DNA of 64,000 nucleotides from Nymphaea colorata. Taxonomy: Eukaryota. Position numbers and translations under genes: made by a program. The notes below the pieces were generated by a model that saw only the letters and a list, made by a program, of their open reading frames with translations, did no database searches and was not told the origin of the DNA. Positions 11,474 through 24,573 of this stretch are shown piece by piece; within the stretch, counting starts at the first letter, position 1, and every line of letters starts with the position of its first letter. The stretch is from positions 12,586,001 to 12,650,000 of the forward strand of contig NC_045138.2 of the NCBI RefSeq assembly GCF_008831285.2, in the 5' to 3' direction.

Positions 11474-14258
11474 GGTTTAGGGAAGAGAGTTAGCATCTAA
11501 TTATCTAACTTGAGAATATTGAGTAGACACGGGTACTTCCCCACTGTAGTCAGTATTGTGGCAGGCAAGGCTGAAACTCAAGCAGGAAGTGTGGCAGTGT
11601 GGGAAGTGTGTGGGCAATTTCCCACACAGTTACAGAAAAATGCTTATTGATACTTGAGAGTAATTTTTCTCATTTAAATATTGACGCCCCTTAAAAGTTA
11701 AAAATCGTATAACTCATGCCCTTAACCCGAATATTCTAACTCCACTCCTGAACCCAAATAATCTGCTCAGCATTTTTCTCTAAATCGGATGCTGAAACTC
11801 AAATTAAAACAAGTAGGCAAGTTTGAGACGAAATTGTTGTCTTGTACTTCATTATTATCATTTTGTCCTAGCTCTATGATAAGCCGATGGTCTTTATATC
11901 TCCTGCATACTTGGACCCTGCTTACATTCTCATACAACACATATTTTAATGAAATTATTACAGTTGAGATATAAAGAGCTGAATGAGCAAGGGAATTATT
12001 ATTTATACGCAAAATTTTGGAATTTCACACACAGACCCTTTGGGAAAGGATGTAAAAACAAAAAAAATAATCGCCTTGGCTTCTGAAAGTGCAGAAGAAA
12101 ATGAGGAGATTGGACCTCTTACTGATACAAGATTTGGTTGTTCCTAACTAACGCTTTTGTTAGGGACAACCAGAGCAAGGTTTAAGTTATGCCCATACGT
12201 TTCTAAAATTATTAGTAAGTATTATCGTACGATGCATTAAAGAAAGAAAACAAACATGACATGGATTTCGAGAAAAAAATATAGTAAAAAAATGATGGAT
12301 GAGAACTAATTTTTTGAAATGAAATGAATAAAAACCTAAGTTGACCTTCAAGGTTTTAAAACAAGCGTATTTTGAGGAACCTTTTTTGTCATTAGGCACA
12401 TGATTTATGAGCTATGTGATGCATGATTTTGAAAAACAGTTTAAAAATCGAGTAGGAAATAGACATTGAAAATGGAGCTTTTTGAGTTACCCAACAGATT
12501 ACAATAAAAAATCCGTGAAAGAGCCCAAAGGGTTAGGCTGCTCTGACATCAGTAGTGGTATTTGCACTTGCTTTCCTTCAATGTAAACCTAAAGCTATAT
12601 GATTGCATGAAAGCAGAAACTATATTAAACACATTTGTTAGTGAACATTGATTTGATTACAAACATATAACTTTTTTTTTATATGTAAATATTATATTGA
12701 TGTTATTCATTATTTATCGTGTTAAACACATTCTTCAATGCCGATTGATTCAATTGATTGAATTACAAATATATAACTTTGTATTGTTTATGTAATTGTT
12801 ATGCTAATGTTATTCATCATTTCAATCCAAAAAAACATATTTTATCATAAAGTTGAAATAGAGGACTAAACTAGTCCAAAATTTCACAAAAATGGTGGCC
12901 AACATATTTTAGATGCTTCGTAAAAGGATACCCAATTGATAGAATTGGAAAATCATGCCTAAAACTTGAGATACGGTTTCAATAAATTCTGAAAATTTTC
13001 AGGACTCAGACTGTTTTGTAAGCAGACTTCTATCAGCAAACAACTTTCTGTATTTTGGCTAAAAAGCTAAAATCAAATAAAAGTGGGTTAACTTGAAAAT
13101 TGAATGACAGATGCTAGACACAAAATTGGATTACCATCAAGTGAAAGAATAATTAAAAAACACACTATGGATCACTAGATATGATGCAAACATGTTTTGC
13201 TAAAAATTAGACCTTCCATAAAGCAGGAAGTAGAAAATTATAAAAAAATAGGCCTCAATAGAACAAATAGAAGACAGAGAAAAGAACATGACCAGACATG
13301 GAGACGCAGCCAGAGTTGTAGTTTGAAATTTAATATAGAGACATGAGAGATGCATGAAAAACGTATCCAATTGATGAAGCAGGAAAAACATGGTTAGATC
13401 AAGAGTTATCATTCACACAAGTTTGGCTTAAAATCAAGGAATGCAGGAAACAGGAAATAAAAACAGCATAGAAATCTGTCTACTGTAAAAACGATGAGAG
13501 ACGAAGGATACCGAGCAATATAATGACATTTAGTGTTTCGACAAAAAGTATAAGCTTATAAGTGGTATCCTCAGTTTAGTAGTTTAATATTGACGATTAA
13601 ATGCCATCAAACAATAAAACTTGGGGCTAATTTATTGTTCACCAACCACAATAAGCATCAAACGTTGATCAACAATAATATGCTTGGATTCTGATAAATA
13701 GTAACCATCCATTGGGTTAGTTGAATTTCTTCACATGAATGACAAATATACAAGCATCTTAATTCCCAATTAGCAAACTAATCTACGCAAGAGATGTTAA
13801 GTTGATAACTTTATTTTCAATTAATTCATTTAAAAAAATAGACAGACAAACATAAGGCAAAAATTTTTATAATTAGAATTTGTGTTTTTTTTATATGTCC
13901 TTTATGCATACATTTAAGACACAAAGCCCAGAATATCACAAGTAGGTGGATCATAAAATTCAACCCATTTAAGTACATGATCACCACAACGCAAGTATAC
14001 TTCTCTGAGCATAAAATAAGACGATTGGACATTGAAACATGAAAATGTTTTCAAACTAAAACAATGTTTATATTTTTCACTACAACTGATATCCAAAATG
14101 AAGGTATATTCAATGAAGCAATATTTGGATCATTTTCCTCTACCAAAAGTGGTAGTCATCGTCACCTAATTGAATACTAATTTGCAGTGCTGTGAAATAC
14201 TCCCAGTTTTCCTAAAAACTGGAAGTGATGCTTGGATACTCGACAAATTCCATAGTAG

Positions 14259-14933
14259 CAGGGGCAGATCTAGGGGGGTCGGGGTGTGGGTGCGGGCTGG
14301 CAAGTAGGGATGTCAATGGATCGGATTTGGATCGGATATATCTTTAATCATATCCGTTTTTTCGGATATTCATATATTCAGATTCAAATTCGAATAAAGA
14401 AAAGTCATATATGAATCTGAATCCAAAATCTGATTTTACAATCCAAATCTGACTTTTATATTTATATCCGAACTTTAAACTGGATTTTTCTAATTTTCAA
14501 AATTTAATAGCATTAGATACAAGATATTCGTCTAAAAATGAATCTGATCCAAATCCATATCCGAATTTGGTCTGATATTTATGTATATCCAAATTCAATT
14601 GGACATTTTTGTATATCCGAATCTAATCGGATGTCATTTATTAAATCTGAATCCTATCCTATTTCTTAATCGGATATTAAAATTTTTTTCATATCTGATT
14701 TTTTCGGATCGGAATGGTCGGATATCCGATTCAAATAAAATATATTGACATCCCTACTGGCAAGGGCCATGGTTCCCCTTGTGATTTGTGAAAAATAAAA
14801 TTACCTATTGCAATTTATAAAAATTTCCATTTGGTGCCTTTAAAAGTTTTGAAAAACATAATTGGATCCTGCTAACAATTTTACAAGATATAATTTGGCC
14901 TCTATAGAAAAAAAAATCTTGGCTCCACTCCTG
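14259..14933. mobile_element. hAT-type MITE (CAGGGGCGGAGCC-like TIR family), hosting a nested MITE
   Basis: Perfect 8-bp TSD CATAGTAG (14251-14258 and 14934-14941). Imperfect TIRs CAGGGGCAGATC / GGCTCCACTCCTG. Confidence 0.88.
14305..14756. mobile_element. hAT-type MITE (TIR TAGGGATGTCAAT), nested
   Basis: Perfect 13-bp TIRs and a perfect 8-bp TSD CTGGCAAG (14297-14304 and 14757-14764). Internal ATCCGA/TCGGAT subterminal repeats. Confidence 0.93.
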
Positions 14934-15123
14934 CATAGTAGGTCAGTGGGTGGGCCGACTGGCGCCACTAGATCTACCATCCTCCAATGAGGCCCACCAA
15001 CTAAGGGGGCCTGAAGGGATACCGATCGAAGGGTTGATCACCACTTCTCTAGAAAAGATCCGCAAACAGATGGCCAACGGCAAGCAGCAGTCAATGTATC
15101 TTTGGCTTTTAATACTTTTAATT

Positions 15124-16206
15124 TGTATAAATGCGTAAAACAGACCAAACGTCCTCCGGATTAGCAGAAACTTGATGTATAGATAGTGAAGATATGAGAG
15201 AAAACATCAGAGAAAATTGGAGTAAAAAAGGCTTCATATACCACCATAAAATAACATGCCAAAGGTGGATCAAAATCAGAGACGAAGTTCGTTTTAATGA
15301 TGTAGAAACGAAGGTTGCACTACAAAAAAATGGAAGGTTTCTGACCTGAATCCATTGACTTTTCCATATCGGCCATTGGTACTGGTTCATAATCTAATTC
15401 TAACTCAAACTAAACAAACGCTGTATTACGATACTTCTATATCTCATGCGAAACAAAATAATAAACCTCATTTTGCATGCAAAGTTAATCTGGCTCTACT
15501 TAATATACCAAACGAGCACACGATTATCAAAACCCTAATTTTACGTGCAAAGCATTGAACACAAATTAAATCAACAAATAGAGAGAGAGTAAAGGATAGT
15601 GGAATAGATGAGAGGAGAGCTCGTCCAATCTCCTTGCGACCCACTCTAGAAGATTCTAGCTTGACAACGGTAATTCAATTCTAATGTTCATCAAATAAAA
15701 CCTAATGCATGATTATACTTGGCTAAATTAAAGCGAACTCTAAATGATGTCTAACTGTGACCCTAGATAATAATTGTCCTAATACCTAATGGATCATACA
15801 TAGATGTGTATGCTAATTGCCTACTTTGATGCTAAAATAAAATATTAAACCCCAAATGGCCCCTAGGAGGTCGACCTCTTGAAAGACTGCTAGATAAAAA
15901 TATGGGGCTTTCTCCTACAAAGTGGGAATTAACTCCTAGCAGTGAGGAACTTTTGCCTATGTCACAAGTCCCTTAAACATTTGTCTCTCAAGGCAAAACT
16001 GCACGTAATCACGTCCTATATGAAGCAAAATAATAAGAAGAAACGAAATAACAAACATGAAAGTTATATTATGCAAAAACTAGCTAAGCTAAACCAACCA
16101 AAATCAGAGTTTTCCTGTGTCCAGAATACCATCGAAGACACAGTATTAATCCTATTTAGCTTAATTTCTGACCAAGTGGTGTATCATTCAGCATTCTTGC
16201 ATATCA
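15124..16206. mobile_element. Possible solo LTR (Athila-like termini)
   Basis: TG...CA segment (tgtataaatgcg...cttgcatatca) flanked by TAATT/TAATG, a 4/5 candidate TSD. Non-coding. The family assignment is tentative. Confidence 0.4.
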
Positions 16207-16623
16207 TAATGCTTCGAGTAAAGACAGTGGAGATGCAGATGCATGCTTGAAGATCTGGGCATTAGATATTGAAATTAAGCTATATGCACGTTAGTTGCAA
16301 ATAAGCAGACTTGTAATACTGAAATGGAAAATTAAACTGAAAGAAAGAAAGGAGAAGAGGGAGACATACCAGACCTCCACGACCCATCCAGAAGACATGA
16401 TTCACATTCTTCATTGGATAAACAAGAACAGAAACTAACCCAAGACACATAAAGCATATTATCCAACGCAAAAAAAATGAGAAAGTATTCCTCAAAAAGT
16501 AGAAAGAAATTATACTAACCAAACAGGGAAATAACTAAAAACAAGGAAAATGACTTCTGTATACTTGGACCCAATCTTGACATGAACTTGACTCGTAGTG
16601 GTCTGAGTCAAACTGCTTGCCAT

Positions 16624-17029
16624 CATAGTTGGGAAACCTGCCTATCAAAGTCACGAGTTGCCCGACCCAACTGGGATCAACTACTTACGATGTCACGAGT
16701 TAGGGTTCAATGAGTCAACTAGGATCATCAACCAATTACATGTTCATTTTTTTCATGCATTGTTGATACTAAAGTTTGTCATTTTTTTAATTTAAATATC
16801 ATAAACTTTACTAAGTATACATGAATACCCGTATCACAAATTTTTCAGTTTTAGTTGACGAAAAAAAGCAAACATGAAGTCAGACAGACTTACCCTCTTC
16901 ATCCATTTGTAGGGAAAATGCATTGTAAAAATTTATGACCGAACCCATCCAAGTAGTTGAGTCAATTTTTTGACCCAATGGCCCAGTCTTCAGCCAATCA
17001 GAGTTCGAGTCACAGGTTTTCCAACTATG
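16624..17029. mobile_element. hAT-type MITE (TIR CATAGTTGGRAAACCTG)
   Basis: 17-bp TIRs with one mismatch, and GAGTC/GACTC subterminal motifs. The TSD is degenerate (CTTGCCAT / CTTAGCGT). Confidence 0.75.
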
Positions 17030-18064
17030 CTTAGCGTATTTTTTTTTTACAAATGTTTTTTCAGTGTTTTCTTACTTACGTTTAGTCGTTCATATGGAAA
17101 CAGCTCCATATCATCTAGTTTAGGTTTAGGAATACTTAGAGCCAAGCAGACCACCAATTCAAGAGGATCAACCTAGTCCATTTTTACCATTTTGCCTTCA
17201 TCTCCTAGTGGATTAATCTTAGGGAAATTCTACAAACTGTCTCGTTGGGACCTAATTCTCCTTCTATTAGGCATTTTGTATTCAAAACCCAACTATTAGT
17301 GGCAAAAGCTCCAATTTGTTGGTACCTAGCTAGTTTAGTTAAAATATGACAACAACTCCATTTCTAGGAAATATGGTTCATCTTGAGTTCAATTTAAAAA
17401 GTGTTCTTCAAATCAAACCTAGGACAGTTCCATACCAGCTAAACCAGTTTGACTTTAGTGGCTCATAGTGTATAACATGTATTAGCACATTCAATTTAAG
17501 TTACATCCGTCAAAATTGAATTAAATTGGAACCAATATTTATGAGGCAATGGTCCAATTCAAGCTCAGTTTTCGCGTCATTTTCCCAACCAATCTTAGGT
17601 CAAGTTTGATTCAGTTCATGGAACTTAAAGTTAGCAGCTTAGGAAGTTCGACCTCACAAAATTACCTCAACCCAGGTTTGATCACGCACTTAGTTGAGTG
17701 CTTCTGCCTTCTTTCGTACGCCAGGGAACGAGTGGCGTACGTAGATTCGTTGACTCAACCTTCCCAGGAACTTAACCACTGGAGAAAGGAAATATAGGAT
17801 CCAAACTTTGGTTGTTACGGGGTGAAGTGAAATGACTACGGATACCAAGGTGCTTTCAAACTTCCCCCTAGAAGGAAAGGATTGTAAGCTAGAGTCAAGT
17901 TATGCCCGTTGATTGATTCGATTCCCCATTCAAGAATGGGTGAGTTTGACATCTATTATTTCTCTTTTAATGTAAGATAGTCATCTAATACCCATGTCAC
18001 TCTTGAAGGTCAAACAAGAAAGATGAGAAAGCTGTTCCAAGGAAAGGCTTCGGAGATTGGTCAA

Positions 18065-18468
18065 ATTATTCCAGTTTTGTAGGTTTTCTTTTTTGAGTGT
18101 GAACTAAAAATATTTTAGTCATTAACCATACAAAAAATTGTGCACCAGTATGGTACATATTCGATGTAACGATACCATAATGGACAGTTTTGTTCAGTAA
18201 CTGGACACAGAGAGAAACAAAACAAACATCAATATAGCCCCTATTAGTTAACACTAAGGTTGTCTAGAAAAGCAAATGATGTTTGTTTTGTTCCTCTTTG
18301 TGTCCTAGTTGCCGAACAGAACTGTCCATAATGGTACCATTAGATTGAACCTGGTTATACGCCATACTGGTGCACAATTTTTCGTGTGCCAGTATGGTTA
18401 ATAACTAAAATATTCTTAGTTCACACTGAAAAAAAAAAACCATTTGTGGGACAAAATGGAAAAAAATA
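18065..18468. repeat. Long inverted repeat (foldback), arms of about 150-190 bp with a 45-bp spacer
   Basis: The left arm agtgtgaactaaaaatattttagtcattaaccatac...ttgtgcaccagtatgg...tggacagt...aacaaaacaaacatca (to 18231) is the reverse complement of 18277-about 18440, with scattered mismatches and small indels. Confidence 0.9.
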
Positions 18469-19810
18469 AAAAAAGACTATGGAAAACATTTCTTTTTAAT
18501 AAAATACTAAAATGTCCTTCCCTTTTTTACTGTGCATGTTAGCCCCATGCGCATAACTTTCTCTCCCATTAGATACCCACCCACCATAACAACAGGTGAC
18601 AACCGGTGACTGCAAATAGTCTTAAATCCACATACCGATGTAGCTGATGATTAATGGTGAAAATACTTTGTTTAACAAATTGAAAATCATGTAAAACGAG
18701 ATTTAGTGCACTTCATGAGTTCATTTTTCATTGAAGATTTACCCTGCCGGAGGATGTCATCCTAAATACATGGGTTTTGGTTCTCGAGGATCTTGAGTTT
18801 AGTTCAAATTAGTGTTAGCTAGTTGCACAACCTCTAAATGCTTCTTCCCTTGCCCTTGAAACACGTATAGATTCTTCTCTCCCTGCACAATTTATTGAAA
18901 TAGTGATAATGCTTTCTTAAACTAGCTCATAATAAGTAATGTGAGTTCTCAAGTCACACTGGCCAGATGCCTCCGATGCTACCTGAACAGCAACTTCATT
19001 AAGTGGAACAATTTATTGTCATTTATCTCTTGGAAAGTTACTTATACAACATGTAACCCGTACATTAGATCGATCTATACATACATATACGATAGCTACT
19101 TTGTCCACACTGATTCTTTTACGTAAAAGTTAAAGGTAGCCCTCTACAATGTTCAGTAAGTGTTGACTATAATCGACATTAAAATCCATGAACTATCTTG
19201 GATCGATTTTACACATTAATGAATTTAGGACTATTTTAAAATTCCACGACAGATGAAATTTTTTTGGAAAGCGAAATCTGATAGACATGTGCACATGACC
19301 CAGTCTGCAAGGTTGGTGGGGCTTCACGTGGGAACAAGCCCGACAGTCATGCCTGCGGTGCGTGGTGGTTGGCGTGCTGGAATCCTCAACTTCCTTCTCT
19401 GACCGCTCGATTGGATCAGTGTTTCTTATGCTTGTTGCAAGTTGCTACATCCGCAACAGGTTTTGCGTCGAAGTCTGTGGTCGCCACTCGAATTGCATGC
19501 TCTATTCCAAATAAAATTGCAGAGGTGAGAGTGGATAGAATAGAACTGCAACGACGGCAGTACCGGAGCCGCATGTAGTTTGGTGTGGGCAAGTGGTCTG
19601 AATTGTCCATTGTCCACACCAGTTTCACTAGTGCTTTTATTTTTATATTGATATTTTAAAATATTTGATTATTTATATATATTGGTTCTTGGATAATGCC
19701 CCTCTGGCTAAAGTTTCTGGCTGACAACCTCTTTTTTTTAGATTAATGCGTGTGTGATGTTCAAAATTTGTTACATGTGGTCTTAGAAATGAAGACAATT
19801 TTCTGATCAC

Positions 19811-19960
19811 TAGGGGTGGAGCTAGGATTTTTTTTGGGCGGGCCAAACAGTCTAACCTTTAGATTTGGGTGGGACTAAACTGAACCTGAATCCAAACAAT
19901 ACATGGCGCAACTAAAAACTTTCAATTTTTTTAATATATATATATATATATTGTTAATCA
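19811..19960 (+). mobile_element. MITE fragment of the (C/T)AGGGGCGGAGC family
   Basis: Starts taggggtggagctaggattttt, resembling the termini at 14259, 35618 and 36335. No second TIR was found. Confidence 0.5.
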
Positions 19961-22900
19961 CAGTATTATCGTGAGTACTTTTGTCCATGTTGGCATTATA
20001 TTGTTCAAAAGATGTTGGCATTATATTGTTCAAAAGATTTTTCATAGAAAGAAATGTGTTTAATATTTTCTTGGAAAGTGGGTTGCTAGACAGTCGGCGA
20101 AATACACTATTTTTGAACCGTTTCACAGGCAGACATGAAGTAAAAATGTCTATTTGCAGGTCGCAGATCGTGAAATGAACAACGTCACTGACGTTTTTCA
20201 GTGAAGGCTTTAGTGATGCTTCATCTCTCTTTATTGACACTTTTTCATCCTCACTGAAGGGTGGTGTTTTTTTCATTTTTTGTAATGTACCTCAACCAGT
20301 AAAAGAAATGGATACTGATCTTTTTGTGGCTCAACATGGACGAGTTTCTCATAGCAAGGGAGAGAGCTCTAGTTCTACGATCCTTATCATACCAAGAGAA
20401 CAACACCGATAGGCAACCTTCCATAAATGCAATCCAAAAAAAAAGATCATTTTATTTTTTTTCCATTCTGTTCATTTCTCCCTTATTTGCCAAGTTTCCA
20501 TACTCAAAGAACTCGAACGGAAACGTCCATTCCTATGAATGAAGGTACATAACAACACCTTGGCAAGAGGATACTTTAGATTCCACCTATCATGGGCATG
20601 CAGGTCCAGATCTACAAATCCATCATTTTCCCATTCCCATATGTTGGGTAGGAAAATTACAAAACCCTCTACGTACATTTTTTTTTATTTGTTTATGCAT
20701 TTTCATCAAACATACTTGCAATAGGATCGTGTGACTGATGAGCCTTATCCAGAAATGACAAACTACACACCGATTCGTGGAACATAATGGCATAACTTGC
20801 AAAGGAAAATAGTGTAACCAACTGCACACATATGACTTCCTGTTCCCTAAATCAAACTTTGCATGTACAAGCCTCAATGTATTCAATATTTTAGCACTTA
20901 ATTATGTTGAATCCGTTAGATTGTCCATTGTACTCCATGTTTAGTATTAAATCAAATCTCTATTTTAGAGACACCTTGCCGAACAAACCCTGGTTAGTGC
21001 ATGCTTTTAGTATGTAGATCCTAAAACATGTGACCATGCACTACAAACAATCAACTGTTTAAGGGTTAGATGATAATGATTTGCCATGCAGATGAACCAT
21101 CCCATCTGGTAGATTGCCTCCTGTGTGGAAATGAACAATGCCAACACCTGATTAGGTAACTATCTTCTTTAGATTGTTGATTGTTTTAGGTAGAAACTTG
21201 ATTCACGTCTGTGTAAGCATGCAAGAGGAAACTAGATGATCAATGGGGATGAAGTTTATAACGTGGAGAGCCTTTAAGATAATCCAACCCACGCTTGACT
21301 GATGTCCATTGATCTACTATAGGTTTTGCATAAACTGACTGCATTTGTTCATGGCAAAGAAAAGATCTAGTCAAGTAATTGTAGCATATTGTAGAGCTCC
21401 CATAATTTACCTATAAAAAGTGGCATTCTGGAACAAGAATGAATTAAATTTGGGTATAAATTAAGGCCTTGGCATCCAAATTCATTTGTGGACAATCGTA
21501 TAAGGATAGTGGATTTAGGTATATGAATTTATTAGGTATAGGAATCTATTAGTTATATGAATCTGTGTTTGATTGGTCCAACCATATAGTTTCTTTTGCT
21601 TCTATACTTGGACCTATTTAGGATCCATTTAGTTTAGTGGTGTTTGGGTCCTAACGTTTTGATCTAACATTTTTTATAAACGCATATGATAATGATAAAC
21701 CAACAGTATGAAAATGAGACATTATATTCTAGATCATTTTATTTGCAATCATATCATACTGCCCTTAAGTAGTTCATAAAGGCTTGGAACTGCTTCAAGA
21801 CATTTTAAGGTCAGGTCAAGGTATACATGACCTAGATCCCCCATTATCTCAAATCCATATGTCAATAACCCAAGCATATCCAACAAAATAAATTAGATTA
21901 GTTTGTAGCTATTCTAGATATGAATCACGTCATAAAGATTAGATATGGATCCTTGGAGTTTCTGTTCCTATTTGGATTGTTGGTTAGGACCTTGCCCCAA
22001 TAATATAAAATAAAATTAATAGATCGAACTAAGGTCATAAGAGACAGGGACCCAATTGACCTACAACCTGAATCCATTTGCTTATGGTAGAGGCATGGAT
22101 TCTCGATTTCAAATTTAAGGGTACATGTTATCTGGATGTAGCTAGTAAGGTAGCCCAATACATTATTATGGATCAATAACAAGTCCGAATTTAGTTGTCT
22201 CATAACCCCAAATCATTCAGATTGCGAGCCAACTTTGTATGATGGATTATGGATTACATCTAATTTCTTTGGATCATGAAAGTATCGGACTTAAAATTAT
22301 AGATCCATTAAGGATTTGATCTAGTTGAATTGTGTTTGTGTCATAAAAGCTTAGCTCCAAAATAGTTCAAGATATGTAACAATAGATATTCACAATGCAA
22401 ACATTCATGTTGGATTCACAGTGCACACATTATTGTTGGGTCCTTATAGAACCTAATCTATGTATTACATGAATTGTTTCACTTGGTTTTAGAATTAGTT
22501 AGTTCATCTAGTTTTATGACATTTCTTGGTTCCCTTGCTCAGTCATGAGGTTTTTAGGCTGGCTCAAGGTGTCCTTAGATCGATTGATAAGGTATTGAAA
22601 CTAATTCAAAAGGTGTCGAACTAGTTCATATAGCTCTGAAGCTGATTAATAAAAGTTTGAGACTAATTTGGTGAATTTTGAACCAATGGTATGGTTACGT
22701 ACTAGTTCATGAATCATTTGGGTTGTTTTGGCCATTTGAATACTAACTACTTTGTTTCTTGGCCAATTCACAAGTTTTACACTCCTACTCACCCTATTTC
22801 ATAATCATTTGACTACTTCTAATGTTTTGGACTGAATCATCAAGTTTATCATCCCTTCGCTCTACATGCATAAAGTTTTTCCACTTTGTTGATGATGTGA

Positions 22901-24533
22901 AATTTGACTCATGGCTTATCGTTCATATGGTTATGATTTATTTTGCATGATTGCACTTAATTAAATGTCTTAAATGCATGATGGTTAAAAGCATATTACT
23001 GGAACTATAATATTGGCATTCTAGATGATGATGTAGGTTAATTTGCCTTTAATCACTAAAGTGATTGATAATATGTTGATTGAAAACTACGCATTATGCC
23101 AGGTTCACAATATTATGAAGGTGAAATTAAGGGTTTGCATTGTTACTATATATGCAGTGTTGTTGCCCCAAAAGATGGCTCCCATTTGTTTTGCATAATC
23201 CTTAATTTTATCAAATATAGCCATTTAAGATGGGTTTATAGCATGCTTAAGTAAAATTATTTTGAATTTATTCTCTTATTTGTTATTATAGCATATAGAT
23301 TTGAGGCCAGTTAATAAATTTTTATATTAGCTCATTATTGTTGTTACCAATTTGTACATGTTTAGCCATTTATGGAGTCATAAACCAGATATGATAGTAA
23401 GTGAATCAATTCACAAAGGTATGGAACTGATTTCATGCCCAGTTGCTTTGGTTCATAAGATAACACACAAAAGTAAAGGCTTTTATAATCAATTCATGTA
23501 GTTTTAAGATTGATTTCATTCTTTTTTATTCTAGTTCTTATGTTTTGAACAAAGTTTTAAAGCTAGTTCTTGAATTTTTCAGAAGTATTTAAATAGAACA
23601 TCTTTTCAATGTTTTCTAATTAGTTAGTTTGTTGAGAAGTAGAATTGGTTATCCATTGATCACATCTAAATTTTATTGCATCCACATTCTCTATGCATGG
23701 TTTTATGGCAATGCTTGCAATTGATTTTCATGGATAAAGTATGACCATGCATGTAGGATGATTATGTTTTGCCATGTTTTATCATTTCATGCATATTTGT
23801 TACTTGAGTTGATCATATACATGGTAAAAGACAAGATTGATATGTGGAAGTACCAGCAAAGTGATTACTATGTGTTAATTATCTTTATTGAATACTATAT
23901 GGGTTTATTAATTTCGGGTTGTATAATTGTCTACATGCATTTCTACGTGTAACTTTCGGTTTATTAACATGGGATAGCGAATAAGAGTGTAGTCAAGTAT
24001 GTGCACTTAGAGGGTGAAGCACACACCTCAAAACACATCACTTAAGAAACTCAATGATGCACTCCTGTGAAGTGTTAATGAGCCTAATGTGTGTGTTTCA
24101 TAGGGGTGAAGCACAATGGCCTGAAGCATACGCTTCATGCACTCCTTTTCATGTCATTAAAAACCTTGCACAAAATATCTTTTTTGTGTTTACCAACCGC
24201 ACTGAGTAAAAGAAAATGACTCTAAACTTCACTACGATAAAAAGTAGGGGGTTTTGGAAAGAGAAAACCTCTTCTACTCATCTATTCCTAAAAAAGCTCT
24301 CTCTCTCTCCCTCGCTGACCACCATCAATTGTTGATGTACCTCCCTCTCTAATCTCTTTGTGCCACTAGTGAACACTAGTGTGCAGCGTTTCTCTCGCTT
24401 GCTGTGATGAGCACAGTAGCCGGTTTTCTAGTTCTCTATCTAGTCTTTCCCTCTGTATCTCTCAGTTGAAAACTGTTGACAACCATTTTCTTTCCCAATC
24501 TTATAGATGAGGTCTGTTGGCCAGTTGAAGAAT

Positions 24534-24535
<2 letters not shown>

Positions 24536-24571
<36 letters not shown>
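24536..24571. repeat. (CT)n microsatellite
   Basis: Read directly. Confidence 0.95.

Positions 24572-24573
<2 letters not shown>

Noticed and set aside
19290..19620. GC-rich island with a CACGTG G-box and short ORFs
   Set aside because: No splice, coding or TIR evidence. It cannot be distinguished from a decayed TE fragment.
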